Below, in pieces: positions 50,772-64,000 of a stretch of DNA of 64,000 nt. The notes under the pieces were generated by a model. The model made no database searches, was not told the origin of the DNA, and saw only the letters and a list, made by a program, of their open reading frames with translations. The stretch spans positions 682,001 through 746,000 of the forward strand of contig NC_083237.1 of assembly GCF_032191835.1 (NCBI RefSeq). The letters are read 5' to 3'. A program made the position numbers and the translations under genes. The DNA is from Heteronotia binoei. Lineage: Eukaryota. How positions within the stretch are numbered: the first letter of the stretch is position 1; each line of letters starts with the position of its first letter.

Positions 50772-53182
50772 TCAATACTGGGACCTCCGCAAGTGGCTGG
50801 CCATCTCAAAGCACTTCTTGTTGACGCAGCCGCCGTGGACACCTTCCTTCCCCATCACGAGCACTATCGCTGCAGGGAGAAGGCAGGGGGGGGCATCAGC
50901 AGCACTGCCCAGGTTATGTGACATGACACCCTCACTTCCACTTCCCCCCCAGCTAGATGGGCTGGGCCCTCAGCCTGCCGGCTTGCCCTATCCCAGCACA
51001 GGAAGGTGCCGGATGTTGAGGTGTTTGTGCCTCAAAATGCCTTTTAAGGAGACAATGAGGCCCAGTGGGGGGGGGGGGCAACTTGGTATTTGGCGAGAGG
51101 CAGAGAAAGCGTTCCAGAGCCCCTGACACAAACTGAATTCTGGCCCTTCTAACCAGAGATGTGGAAACCAAGGATGCATCACACAGCTAACACAAATCCT
51201 TAAATCAGAATGCAAGGACCAAAACAGGCTCACACCCAACGTGGGCCAGCAGGCCAGAAATGAGAGCCAAATGCCCCTAGAAGGGGAGAGAAAGGAAGGC
51301 CTAGAAGGGAGCTCCCCCCCCCGCCCCCAGAAACTTGACCTGCACAGCACCCAAGCAGCTCACCTGGGAAAGGAGCTCCAGGGCTCAGCACCCCCCCCCC
51401 AGCAGTCCAGGCCCAGCTCCCAACCCCCTCCGTCCTGTTTAGCAAGATTTATGGCTGCCTCCAGCTGCCCCCAACAGTGGCTGCCTTATCTCCAAAGAGG
51501 CTGGATTAGACCACAGCTGTTTGCTCCCTGCCCCCCTCTGGAGTGGCCCAGGACACAGCTGTTGGGTAAAAGAATGCAACCCCCCCCCCAGGAAGAGATG
51601 CAGACAGCTGCAAGAAATGCGTGCAGGGGGGGGGAGGAGGGATGTGCTGCAGACTCACTCTTGCTGGTCATGGCTGCTGTGATGTTGAAGGTGGGGGCGC
51701 CCCCCGTGCTCTTGGTCCGCAGGTCCATGGTGCACTCCCCGTCCGTGTGCAAGCTGTCCCGGATGACGGAACACTTCTGGCCCCCCAGCGTCAGCCCGTT
51801 CACAAACAGGTTGTCTCGGTCCTTTCCTACCAGGATGTTCACTTCTGCAGGCTGCAAGGAACGGCACATGGGTCAGACCCGCAAAGAGAAGGCCGCAGCA
51901 ATCTTTGTCCGCCCCCTAACCAATGGGTAAGCCCAAGGACCCCCACAGCTTGCCTTGGCAAGACCGCTCTCGGCAAGGCCTGCTCACCTGGCCCTCCTCT
52001 CCCTTCCCTGGTCTGGCACCAGAGGGGATCTGGGCTCCAAAGCATATGCCAGGAAGGCCACGGCCACCCAAAAGCTGTCAAGCAGGAGGAGAGGGCAGGC
52101 CGGAAGAGCAGCAGCCCCTCTGCTGCGGGGACATTTCTCCAAAGAAAGGAGAGGGGGGGAGGGGGCGCCCAGGAGAGCTGCATGCCCCCCCCCCCCGCCT
52201 GAGTCCCTCCTGTGCTGCTTGCACCGCTGGGGGGGGCAGTCAAGACCTGCAAAGGAGCCTACCTGGGGGGCTCTTCCCGGGCAGAGGGAGAGAAGCAGCA
52301 GCGCGCCTGGCCGGCCACAGAGGCCTGCCTGCCTTCCTGGCGCACGTGGGCACGGACAATGTGTCCCCTCCCGCCTGGCGCGGCCCAAGAGAGCCCTGCG
52401 GGGTTGCACATTAACCCAGGCGCAAAGGGGAAGTCCGCGCCGCCAAGGAGGAGGAGGAGGAAGCGGCGGGGGGGGGCAGATCTCCTCCTCCCCGCCCAGC
52501 TCCTGCTGCCCCCTCCGCGCCAGGGAAGCCGCCCCAATCAGGCTTCTCCAGGCCGGGGCCTTTGTGCGCGCGGAGGAGCGGGATCCCCCCGGGGGGAAGG
52601 GAAGGCAGCCTTGCGCCGGAGCCGGCCAGCCCCACCCGGAGACGTGGCACCGGAGGGAGGGGGGGGGGGCTGCGCCCCGCGGGAGACTTCCGGCCCAGGA
52701 CAGAGGCCAGGCGGCGCTGGGTTCGAGACCCGAGCCCGGGGGGGGGGGGAGGGGCCGCGCGCGCGGCGAGCAGGAGGGGGAGGGGAGGGCGGGTGGCCCC
52801 TGCCCTCCCTCCCCCCCCCCTCCCCGCCAACTCAGCGGCAGCAACGGGCGCTTGACTCACTTCCTCTGGCAGGTAAGCAGGCCCAGCCCAGCCCAGCCGG
52901 CCCGGTGCACGCCCTCCCCGCCCGCCCGCCCGCAAGAGGAAGTGGCGGCGCCTCCCGCACAAAGCGCGCCCGGCGGAGAAGGCAGGCAGGCAGCCCGCCC
53001 CCGCTTCCGGCCCCCGCCCTCCCGCCCTGCCTCCCGCGCGGGGGGCTCACCGTGATGCCGGCGAAGGTCTTGCCCGGGGCGGCGGCCCAGACGGACGGCA
53101 CGTCCTTGTAGCCCACGATGGCGGCGTCCTGGCAGGTGCCGTCGGCCATCAGGCTGTCGATGTAGCAACTCCAGCCGCTCAT
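50772..53182 (-). CDS. PFN1: Profilin-1, 140 aa
   Basis: Exons 53051-53182 (132 nt), 51659-51851 (193 nt) and 50772-50869 (98 nt). [24 protein letters not shown]...[11 protein letters not shown]...[10 protein letters not shown]. Confidence 0.98.
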
Positions 53183-54000
53183 CGCTGCTGCTGCTGCCGG
53201 CGGGCGGGAGAGAGAGAGACAGAGGGGAGCTCTGCCCCGCGGAGGCTGCGAGCGCCGCTGCTGCTGCTGCTGCTGCTGGTGGCGGCGGCGGGGCGTCGGG
53301 CGGGCTGGGGGGCGCCGGGGCTTGTGCTGCTGCTGCTGCGGCGGCTCCTTCCTTGCTTCCTTCCCGGGCACGCGCCACGAGCGACTCCGGGCTGGGCGGG
53401 CGGGGCGGCCAAGAAGAAGGCGGCGGGCGGGCGCCGGACGCAGCACAGGCATCAAGCGCAGGGCGGGGCTCCGCTCGCGCACGCGCCCTCCCCGCCCGCC
53501 GCCAGGGGGCGCCTCCCGGGAAGGCCCGACGCCCCGCGCGCCCTGGGCGGCCCCCTCTGCGCCCGAGACCCCGCGGGAGCTGCAGCACTGCCCGCCCCGC
53601 GAGTCCTCCGCAGGAGCCGGCACCACTTTCTCCCCCCCCCCCCGCACGCGTTTTGCAAGGCAGGAACGCAGCCCCCCCCCCCACACACACACACACACGC
53701 AGGGCCGCTTTGCGCAGAGCTGGGCGGTGGGGCAGGTCTCGGCCGCCTGCCTTCCCTTCTCAGGCTTCCTCTTGGGGCCTCGCAAGTTAAGGGGGGGCAG
53801 GCAGACCCCCGCGCCTCCCCTGGAAGGCAGTGTGCCCGCCACCGCACTCTGCACACGCTCCGAGGCCTCCCGCGTCCTTGTGAGAACGTTTCCATGGTGC
53901 GCCTGAAGAGGCCTGTTGGAGGCGGTTAAAAACCAAGGCCGGCTTTTTGTTTTTAATGAACCAGCGTGGAAGAGGCCTTTGCTGGAGTCCTCGGCGCAGC
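52300..54000. promoter_or_regulatory. CpG island over the PFN1 promoter, exon 1 and intron 1
   Basis: Very high CpG density, GC boxes, and CAG-type triplet runs in the 5' leader. Confidence 0.75.
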
Positions 54001-54939
54001 TTCCCGGGTGCCCCCGCTTTGCGCCTGATCCTGAGCCGGAGTCCAGTCCAGCAGCAGGTGAAAGGCGCCCAGGAGGATTTCCAGGGCATCAGTTGGCAGG
54101 AGGCAGAACTCCCCGCAGGGACTCCCAGAGGTGGCCTCTGAACTCCAGCCTTGCTCTCGGGGCCAGAGTAGCAAATCGGCCGAGTAGGCGCTGGCCGGTG
54201 GGCCCCCGTGCTTTCCAGGGCCCTGGGCTGGCTCCCCCCCACCCCCACCCCTTGCAGCCTTTCCTGCCTGCACAGGCAGCCCGCAACTGAGCCGCTCTTT
54301 GCCCGACTTGCCTGGTGTGGCTGCCGCTGCCGTTGTCACCAATTTTGCCTCTTCCCCGCAGCTTTATCAAGGGGGCTTTCAAGAAGGTGCCTGCAGCAGG
54401 GCCGTCCCCAGTGGGGCAGACACTCCAACTCTGAGATCATTTGCAAGCCCCCCCCCCCCCCGCCTCCCTGAGATTTCGACTGCCTAGGGGCCTCCACAGG
54501 GTTTAATCCAGCACTGCTTGCTCTCCTGTTGCACATCAGACAGCAGCCTGCATGAAAGACCCGGTGATCATGTGACAGGCCTGGCGCCTTATGCACAGCC
54601 CAGGGCCCCTTTTGGGTTGGCCCCTCACTGGCCTTGGGTCTACCACACACATGGGCAAGGCTATGCACAGAACTCATCTTTCCAGGGGCCCAACATGTTG
54701 CTGGCCCAGCCACAATCCTAAATGCTTCCAATTCCCCTCCACCCACCCAGATGAACCTCTCCACACGCTCTCTGCACTTCTCTCCCCCCTCCCCCCCCCC
54801 GCGCCTCCATCTTGCCCCAGGGAAACCGCCTGCCAGCCCCACTCCGGATGGGCCCCACTTTCTGTGAGGACAGGAAAAGGAAAGATCCCCTGTGCAAGCA
54901 CCAGTCGTTTCCGACTCTGGGGTGATGTTGCTTTCACAA

Positions 54940-55150
54940 TGTTTTCACGGCAGACTTTTTATGGGGTGGTTTGCCCTTGCCTTCCCCAGTCATCAACACT
55001 TTCCCCCAGCAAACTGGGGACTCCGTTGACCGAACTCAGAGGGATGGAAGACTGGGTCAACCTTGGGTTGGCTACCTGAGTCCAGCTTTTGCCAGAATCG
55101 AACTCAGGCCGTGAGCAGAGAGTTCAGACTACAGTGCACTCTGCACCACA
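54940..55150 (-). mobile_element. SINE fragment (Sauria-SINE-like, tentative)
   Basis: ggtttgcccttgccttcccc...gaccgaactcagagggatggaagactgggtcaacc; partly the reverse complement of 6690-6755. Confidence 0.5.
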
Positions 55151-55736
55151 CGGCTGCTTATATGAGGACAGAGGATGTTGCAAAAGCTGCCAGCAGAAGT
55201 GGGGGGGGGGGTGTTGCAGCCTCCAGCTGGAGGGGGCAAAGGAAGGGTGGGGCGTGGCTGTTAGAGGCCAGCAGGTGCCCCCAGCAGAAGGGGAGATGTG
55301 CCTGTGCCAACCCCTGCCCCCTCCCCAGCCTCAGGCCTGCTTGGACTTCCCTGGCCTGTGCCTAAGCCAGAGAGTTGCGGGGGCTGAGAGTCGGGGCCTA
55401 GTCCCTGGGAGGCCTGGTTTGGGTGACCCTGGGGCCATCTGGCCTCCCTCCCCAGGTAGGGACAAGGGAAACAAGGGAAGCCCTTGGCTGGGGCCCCCAC
55501 CCACTGGGGAGAAAGGCTGGGGGGGGGTGTCCAAGTGACGGAGACACAGAACCAGAGAACCCCCAGCAGCCCCACCTGCAGGAGAGGGTGTGGGCATCAT
55601 CTGGGCACAGAATAGCCCGGGGGGGTGAAGAGTCAGGGGTCCCTCTGATGTGGCCGTCCCCCCCCCGCCTTGCTCCCTCCAGGGGCGCAGAGTCCAAAGG
55701 GGGGGGGGTCAGGATGCCCCAGAGACCCTGCCCCAG

Positions 55737-56008
55737 AGAGCCAGTTTGGTGTAGTGGTTAAGTGTGTGGACTCTTATCTGGGAGAACCGGGTTTGATTCC
55801 CCACTCCTCCACTTGCACCTGCTGGCATGGCCTTGGGTCAGCCATAGCTCTGGCAGAGGTTGTCCTTGCAAGGGCAGCTGCTGTGAGAGCCCTCCCCAGC
55901 CCCACCCACCTCACAGGGTGTCTGTTGTGGGGGAGAAAGGGATAGGAGATTGTGAGCCGCTCTGAGACTCTTTGGAGTGGAGGGCGGGATATAAATCCAA
56001 TATCTTCT
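55737..56008 (+). mobile_element. Full-length MIR/Ther1-like SINE (Squam3-like)
   Basis: tRNA head (tggtgtagtggttaa...gggtttgattccc), cacctcacagggtgtctgttgtgg core, and L2-like tail gtgagccgctctgag...gggcgggatataaat, which resembles the L2 3' end at 6450-6495. Confidence 0.85.
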
Positions 56009-57846
56009 CAGCTCCTGGCGAGCCCCTCTCCCTTTGCAGCAGCAGCAGTGGCCCAGCGGTCCTTCCTCCCCCTCGGCCAACTGAGCCTGCCCCCCCCCTT
56101 CACGCTGGCCAGGGCCTCCCCCTGGGTGGGGGGCTCAGTGGGGGAGCCTCTGCATGGCCTGCAGGGGGCACCAGGCAGCAGCAGCAGCAGCTCCAGTTCA
56201 GGGGAGTAGCGGGCAGTGCCCTGGAAGCTATCAGCACCGGGGACCTTCTGCGTGCCCCTGAGCTGCGGCTCCTCTAAGCAGGGGATGGGGAAGACTTTTC
56301 TGCCTGACTTCCAGAGAGCGGCTGCCAGGCCGAGGAGACCAGAGTGGACCCAGGAGAACTCTGCTGGTCTTCTAGGGGCCTGAGTGGACTCAAAGGTCTT
56401 CATGGGCCACACATCTGATTCAGTCAAAGGCCCCCCCTCACTCAATCAAGAACTCCCCCATGGCAGCCTGGCATGGAATGGGGGGGCAGGGCTAGGGGCA
56501 TCGGTTGGCCCAGCACTTATGCCAGGGAGCACTCGACTCCCCCAGGGACTCAGCTCCAACCCCCCACCCCTGGGTCACCTGCTGAGGGGAGCTGCAGACA
56601 ATTCGCCCTCTACCTCGCAGGGCTGGTGTCGGGGTACAGGGAGGACAGGAGACTGGGAATGAAAGCAGTCTGGAGGGGAGGGGGGGGGTCGGTGCCCCTC
56701 CTCTGTGCTGAGAAGTTCCCAGTGCCAGCAGCTGCTTTTCTCTCCCTCCCCAACGTGTGCTTGGCAGCCGTTGCCTGGGGGGTCTTGAGTGGGGGGGCGC
56801 TAAGTGCATGGGGGTGGAGCCTCTGGCAAAGCCACTGCAGGCTGCAGCACCCCCCCCCCCCCCGGCTTTGGTGCTGGCAAGGGAAGCAGCCCTGGCTGAC
56901 TCACCCCGCCCCCCACTTCCTGGCCCCGGAGGGAAACCACAAGGGAGGAACTGGGGGGGGGGCTCCTCAAGGTGAGGAAGTGACTCTCCACTCCCCCCCC
57001 CCCCCCGCAAACTGCTTGTTCTGCTGGGGGGAGGGGGAGCCGCTGCCAGACCTGGAGGAGCCTTTCTCCCTCCCGTGGCCCAGCCCCTCCCCAGATGTGG
57101 GCTTCCGAGCCCCATTCTGTCCCCTGCGGTGCCCCAAAGTCCAGCCCAGGACTGCCTCATTCAATTGCCTCCCCCCCCCCCCCCCCCCGCAATCCTAGCA
57201 GCACCCCTCATCTGCCAGCCCCCGACTCACCCTCCACTGGCAAGGCTGCCTTGGCCCCCGGCTCTGGGCAGAAGGGCCCGGCCTGGCTGAGCTGGGCTGG
57301 GCTGCAGCAGGGCAGAGGGCCACCCGCCCCCCTTCGTGCCAGATAACGGCTGCTGTGCTGAGGCCGGAAGAGGGCTGCGAGAGGCGCTGAGGCCCAGGGA
57401 GCGGCGCGCTTCTGGGTTTCACAGAGCACTGAAGCAGCTGGCAAAGAAGGAAACCGGAGCGATTCACGGCGCGCAGGAATCAAAAGGTCCTGCTGGCATC
57501 AGAGGCCTGACTCCACCGGGGCCTTCTGTGGGGCCAGCCAGACCTGCCCAGAAACCCAGCCCAAGTGGTCAGCCTTGCCAGGCACCCCAATGGCCCTTGA
57601 CTGCGAGGGGGCGGGATGGAAGGGCCAGAAATTCAGCCAGCAGGGTCATAAGGGGTGAGTTGCACCCTGGCCTTGCACGAGGGACTCCTCTTTGTTGGTT
57701 GGCCAATAAGAAATGGAATGAGCAGTGATTGATGGCCGCTGCCTGGAAGAGAGGGGCTCTCTGGATTGCCAAAATCCAGGTGGAGCCTGGAGATCTCCCT
57801 GAGTCACAAGGGATCAGTTCCCCTGGACAAAATGGCTGCTCAGGAA

Positions 57847-59391
57847 GAAGATATTGGTTTTATATCCCGCCCTCCACTCTGAAGAGTCTCAGAGGGGTTC
57901 ACAATCTCCTTTCCCTTCCTCCCCCACAACAGACACCTTGTGAGGTAGATGAAGATGTTGGATTTATATCCCGCCTCCCACTCCGAAGAGTCTCAGAGCG
58001 GCTCACCATCTCCTTTACCTTCCTCCCCCACAACAGACACCCTGTGAGGTAGATGAAGATATTGGATTTATATCCCACTCTCCACTCTGAAGAGTCTCAG
58101 AGCGGCTCACAATCTCCTTTCCCTTCCTCCCCCACAACAGACGCCCTGTGAGGTAGATGAAGATATTGGATTTATATCCCGCCCTCCATTCCGAAGAGTC
58201 TCAGAGCGGCTCACAATCTCCTTTCCCTTCCTCCCCCACAACAGCCACCCTGTGAGGTGGGTGGGGCTGAGAGGGCTCTCACAGCAGCTGCCCTTTCAAG
58301 GACAACTTCTGCCAGAGCTCTGGCTGACCCAAGACCATTCCAGCAGGTGCAAGTGGAGGAGTGGGGAATCAAACCCGGTTCTCCCAGATAAGAGAGCTCT
58401 GGCTGACCCAAGGCCATTCCAGCAGGTGCAAGTGAAGGAGTGGGAATCAAACCCGGTTCCCCCAGATAAGAGTCCGCACACTTCACCACTACACCAAACT
58501 GGCTCTCTTCTGATGGAGCTGAGAGAGCTCTCCCAGAAGCTGCCCTTTCAAGGACAACTCTGCCAGAGCTCTGGCTGACCCAAGACCATTCCAGCAGGTG
58601 CAAGTGGAGGAGTGGGGAATCCAACCTGGTTCTCCCAGATAAGAGAGCTCTGGCTGACCCAAGGCCATTCCAGCAGGTGCAAGTGGAGGAGTGGGGAATC
58701 CAACCCGGTTCTCCCAGATAAGAGAGCTCTGGCTGACCCAAGGCCATTCCAGCAGGTGCAAGTGGAGGATGGGGGAATCCAACCCGGTTCTCCCAGATAA
58801 GAGAGCTCTGGCTGACCCAAGGCCATTCCAGCAGGTGCAAGTGGAGGAGTGGGGAATCAAACCCAGTTCTCCCAGATAAGAGAGCTCTGGCTGACCCAAG
58901 GCCATTCCAGCAGGTGCAAGTGGAGGAGTGGGGAATCAAACCCAGTTCTCCCAGATAAGAGAGCTCTGGCTGACCCAAGGCCATTCCAGCAGGTGCAAGT
59001 GGAGGAGTGGGGAATCCAACCCAGTTCTCCCAGATAAGAGAGCTCTGGCTGACCCAAGGCCATTCCAGCAGGTGCAAGTGGAGGATGGGGGAATCCAACC
59101 CGGTTCTCCCAGATAAGAGAGCTCTGGCTGACCCAAGGCCATTCCAGCAGGTGCAAGTGGAGGATGGGGGAATCCAACCCGGTTCTCCCAGATAAGAGAA
59201 CTCTGGCTCACTCAAGGCCATTCCAGCAGCTGCAAGTGGAGGAGTGGGGAATCAAACTCGGTTCTCCCATATAAGAGAGCTCTGGCTGACCCAAGGCCAT
59301 TCCAGCAGGTGCAAGTGGAGGAGTGGGGAATCAAACCCGGTTCTCCCAGATAAGAGTCTGCATACTTAACCACTACACCAAACTGGCTCTC
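57847..59391 (-). repeat. Compound SINE-derived satellite: 4 x 104-bp tail units, then SINE body with 2 x 79-bp units, then 10 x 79-bp units
   Basis: 104-bp units at 57847, 57951, 58055 and 58159; 79-bp units at 58314 and 58393, then every 79 nt from 58565 to 59276. Confidence 0.92.
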
Positions 59392-61134
59392 CAGGAATGG
59401 TATGGCACCCCCTGAGATCCCTCCCCACACCCCAGACCCCTGGGCTGTGCCCCCAAATCTCCAGGAACCTCCCAACCTGAACCTGCCCCCCCAAAGCGTG
59501 CTTCCCCTTTGGGGAAGGGGGAGAAGCCCACCCAGGGCCTTTTCCAGAAGGAAGGAGGGCTGAAAGGGGGGGAGGCATTCTCTTCTGCTTCTGGAGTGGG
59601 GTCACATCCAGCCCTCTCAGTGGGGTGGGGGTGGGGGGCTGACCTCTTCCTGCTGACAACTGACAAGAATATGGGCTGTTGGTTTGGGGGAGGGGGGGCC
59701 AGGCCCTGATTATTAGCATCACAATGATGCGCCCTGCTGGTTGGTGGGGCTTCGGTGCTTGGGGGACACTGTGGAGCAGGAACAATGGGGGCATAACGGA
59801 GGGGCCCTTTGGAGGTGCAGTGTGGAGGAGGGCCGCCCAGGGCAGCCATTGGGTGAGTGTGGCCAAGAATCAGCCCGGGTGGGGGTGGGTAAAGCTTGCT
59901 GGGGGCAGCCAGGAGAGGGCCCCAAGAGGAGGGAAGGCCAAGTGTGGGGAAAGGAGGGCTCCCAACATAGGGCCATTAAAAACCAACTTTAAAAGTCAAG
60001 TACCTAAAAAGGAGGGTCAGCCAGAAAAGTCTTCCCCCTATTGGCAGAAGAGCAGGTGGGGGCGGGGCAGGCAGACATCCCTGGATTTTGGTGCTGTGAG
60101 CAAGAAGGCCCTTCTGGGGTTGCTGCCAGTCCACCCTCAAGGGGCAGGAGATCTGCAGGCAGAGCCCACTAGAGGGATCACTTGAGTGGGGCCAGGTGCC
60201 CCTCCTGGCGTGCCCCTCCCAGGCCTCTCTCTCTCGGGGGCTGAAAGCCTGCCATTGCCCCCTGGCCCCAACCCCAGGCAAGCCGTCTTCCCTCAGGTCA
60301 CCCACCCCAACTATGCGGCTAAAGAGGCTGTCCTACCCGAAAGGGTTGTTGTAGGAGTTGTGAAAAGTGGATGTCTGCAAAGTGCTTTGAAATGGCTGCT
60401 TGATGTTCTGGGCCGGGGAGGAGGAGGCAGCCCCCCCAGCATGGCTCAGACCCACGCCTTCACCCCAGCCAGCGGGGAAGGGGGGTCTGGATTATGGGGA
60501 GCCCTGGGGGATTGTGGGCAGGGAGGTACAGAAACCCTCAACTGATTGGATTCGATCTATTCAATGGATAAGCCACCCTCTCTGGAGGGCTCAGGGCCGT
60601 GTCCAATATATAGCCACGTCTCAATAAATAAAGCTGCTTGAACAAGCAAAGTGAAGCAACGCAGGTTCCTCTGAGGCGTCTGATGTAGGTTTGGGGAGGG
60701 CGAGAGATGGGGCTGGCCTCAGCCGTGGGCCTGGCAGTGGGACATCTCCCGCTTGCAGGCCCTGCGGAGGGGGGGGGGGCAGAAGCCAGGCTCCAGGAAA
60801 GGAGGGGCCAGGGCCAGAGGGGTTTCCACAGCAACGGGATTGTGAGGGAAGCAGGTCCAAGGCGAGCAAAGACTGGGGGGGGGGGGATGTCGCTGTGTTG
60901 GCCTGAAGCAGCAGGGCAGAGTTCGAGTCCAGAAAACTACAGTTAGGAGGGCCTGGTGGATTGTGGGAGATGTAATGCAGTGGGACCAGAGCAGGGGAAT
61001 TGGGCTTGCCAACCTCCAGGTGGGACCTGGAGATCCCCCAGAATTACAGCAGATCTCCAGAATACGGACATCAGGTCCCCTGGAAAAAATGGCTGCTTTG
61101 GAGGGTGATCTCTTTCTCTTCCTCTCCCTCAAAG

Positions 61135-61405
61135 AGAACCAGTTTGGTGTAGTGGTGAAGTGTATGGACTCTTATCTGGGAGAACCGGGTTTGATTCCCC
61201 ACTCCTCCACTTGCACCTGCTGGAATGGCCTTGGATCAGTCAGAGCTCTCGCAGGGGTTGTCCTTGAAAAGGCAGCTTCTGTCAGAGCTCTCTCAGCCCC
61301 ACCCGCCTCACAGGGTGTCTGTTGTGGGGGGAGAAGATAAAGCAGATTGTGAACCACTCTGAGTCTCTCAGGGAGAAGAGTGGGGTATAAATCTGCAGTC
61401 TTCTT
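61135..61405 (+). mobile_element. Squam3-like SINE
   Basis: Same head, core and tail as 55737-56008. Confidence 0.85.
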
Positions 61406-61849
61406 CTCACCCTCAACTCCATCCCCCCAACCTCCAGGAGTTTCCCCAGCCTGGAGTTGGCATCGCTGGGGGGATTGAAGCATGGGGCAGGGGGGTATTG
61501 AATAGACAATGGAGCTCTCCCCCCGCCGCCGCAATCCAACCAGTCCCAAATCTGAACAGTGCCCCAGTAGGAAGCGGGAAGGGGGGGGAAGATGTGGTCC
61601 CCTCCCTACAAGAAGAAGGCCTTCAGAAACAAACCTAAATACAGTGTTAGTGACAGCTGTTATTCAACAGATGACATTTGCGTCATCACTAAGTATATAT
61701 TTCTATGCTGACGGTATTTAGATTTGTTCCTGATGGCTGAATGTCTGTTTTTGCCTCACGGAAGGCGAGAGTTTTAATCCTTTCCTGTGGAACCTCCTCC
61801 CACTGGAGAAGGGAGGAGAGGAGAGGATGGTTCCCTCCCTCCCTGCCTG

Positions 61850-62756
61850 CTATCGACTGGGGGATGCCCCAAACCATTAATCAATATGCAGATGACACTC
61901 AGCTGTACTTGCTGTTGGGCGACCCGTGGGCCGTAGCCTGCTCTTGATGGGCTGTTCTTAACACCCGTGCCAACAGCCAAGAGCTCGGGAGTGAGGGACC
62001 GTGCATGCCTCTCTCAACGGAGGCCCAGGTCACACATGTTGCTAAAACGGCACGCTTCCACCTACGCCAAGCCAGGCAATTGGCTCCGCTCCAGACCCAG
62101 CCACCGTAATCCATGCGATGGTCACCTCCAGGTTAGACTACTGTAACTCACTCTACGCTGGCCTACGCTTGACTTTAACTTGGAAGCTCCAATGGGTCCA
62201 GAATGCGGCTCTGTGAGTCCTGATGGGAATGCCACGGATAGCACGCATTCTTCCAGTGCTGCGCCAGCTACACTGGCTTCTGCTTGAGTTAGATCCAAGG
62301 TTCTGGTTATGACCTTTAAGGCCTGAGCCAGCTGGGACCTACATATCTCCTTCCAGGTCCCTGGAAGAGCACTGCTCTCTACTGGTCGAAAGCTACCGGA
62401 GATCCCCAGACCTAAGGAGGTCCGGCTGACCGCAACACTGCCAGGGGTTTTTCTGTCCTGGCCGACCTGTGGAACTCTCTGCCGGAAGACGCCAAGGTCC
62501 TGCGGGATCTTTTACAATTCTGCAGGGTCTGTAAAACAGAGATGTTGTGCCAGGCAAAAGTGTGAGGACCCCCCTCCCTCCTCCCCTGGTCCCAACGCCA
62601 AGAAAGCAGAACTGAGCACACCAGAAAGTCGGTTCATTGGGTTGCAACTGTTTTAAATTCACTGGGTTTATTGATCTTATGTGTACTTTTTGTTGCATAT
62701 TGCCTAGTGCCTGGCATTGGCTGGGATGAGGCGATTCACTAATAATAATACTAATA
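61850..62756 (+). mobile_element. Degenerate L2 3' part
   Basis: [25 protein letters not shown] and HWL remnants; (AAT)n tail at about 62740-62755. Confidence 0.8.
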
Positions 62757-63131
62757 GAGGGGAGTATTTGCTAGGCTCCAACCGCAGAGCAGCCTGAAAG
62801 AGCAAAAGTGCTAAGGGGGGGGGGGGTGCAGAGAGATTTCTCCCCTCCCCTTCCCCCCCCTTTGGGTCGCTCCTCGGGGCCAGGAAAAGGGCAAAGGGGG
62901 GGGCGGGAGAGAGCACCAGGGGGCGCCCCGCCCTCGGACCTGGGGAGGGCACGCCAAGGTCATCATGGGGGGGGGCGGGCCAGCCAGCCAAAACTCCCCG
63001 CGGAGGGGGGGGACACCTCTTCGGGCCCCTGCCTTTCCTCCCCCCCCCGCGCCTTGGAGGCAGCGGCGGCTCGAGTTGCCGGCGTGTCCTTTCGGCGGCC
63101 CTTGGAATGGACCCTTGGCCTTTCGCGCCGT

Positions 63132-63258
63132 CTAAATTTAGGCCGCGGGGGCGGGGCGGATCGGGGCCGGCGGATCGGGGCCCGGAGGGTGGGCTGGCGC
63201 CGGCGCGCTCGAGGGGGACCCGGGAGGCGGGGCTGCCGTCCGGCCTCGGCCATAAAGG
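63132..63258 (+). promoter_or_regulatory. ENO3 proximal promoter: MEF2 site, GC box, TATA-like element
   Basis: CTAAATTTAG at 63132-63141 (fits YTAWWWWTAR), ggggcgggg at about 63148, CATAAAG at 63252-63258; non-coding exon donor cca|gtgagt at 63329. Confidence 0.65.
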
Positions 63259-63408
63259 CGCCGGGCAGCCGTCGGGGGGGCGCCACTGCCTGCAGCTCCA
63301 GCCCAGCCCCAGCCGCGACCCCGAGCCAGTGAGTGCCCCAGCAGCCCCCGCCCCCCGGGCCCGAGCGGGACCCCCCGCCCTGCCTGACCTCTCCTTCCCT
63401 CCCCAGCC

Positions 63409-64000
<592 letters not shown>

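Noticed and set aside
55737-55810. tRNA genes (also other A/B-box heads)
   Set aside because: These are SINE heads: no cloverleaf or acceptor stem, and they continue into SINE bodies.
58211-59221. 336-aa repetitive Cys/Trp ORF
   Set aside because: A by-product of the 79-bp SINE array; 79 is not a multiple of 3, so the peptide cycles through frames.
60990-61105. Fragments of a recurrent ttgccaacctccagg...gatctcc repeat (also about 57765-57840), possibly a hAT-derived MITE
   Set aside because: No paired terminal inverted repeats or TSD could be established, so it was not annotated as a feature.

Overview
Vertebrate genomic DNA from a squamate reptile, probably a gecko (inferred from SINE/CR1/L2/Penelope content). 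It is syntenic with human 17p13.2. Gene order: MINK1 (+, 3' part), GP1BA (-), CHRNE (+, 12 intact exons, 499 aa), SLC25A11 (-, exons 3-8; exons 1-2 not seen, 100-N gap at 35164-35263), RNF167 (+, 352 aa), PFN1 (-, 140 aa), ENO3 (+, first coding exons). MINK1, GP1BA and SLC25A11 carry single-base indels, mostly in short homopolymer runs, which are best read as assembly errors. The most notable signals are: (1) two TSD-flanked Penelope-type insertions built as long inverted repeats that carry minimal hammerhead-ribozyme motifs, one of them with an intact copy on each strand between the convergent CHRNE and SLC25A11 3' ends; (2) the GP1BA-CHRNE pair is inverted relative to the human/mouse order; (3) GPIb-alpha lacks the sulfotyrosine segment and has its own 69-bp VNTR; (4) several tandem arrays are built from SINE or CR1 pieces. 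All calls are by eye and from recalled homologues; no search was run.
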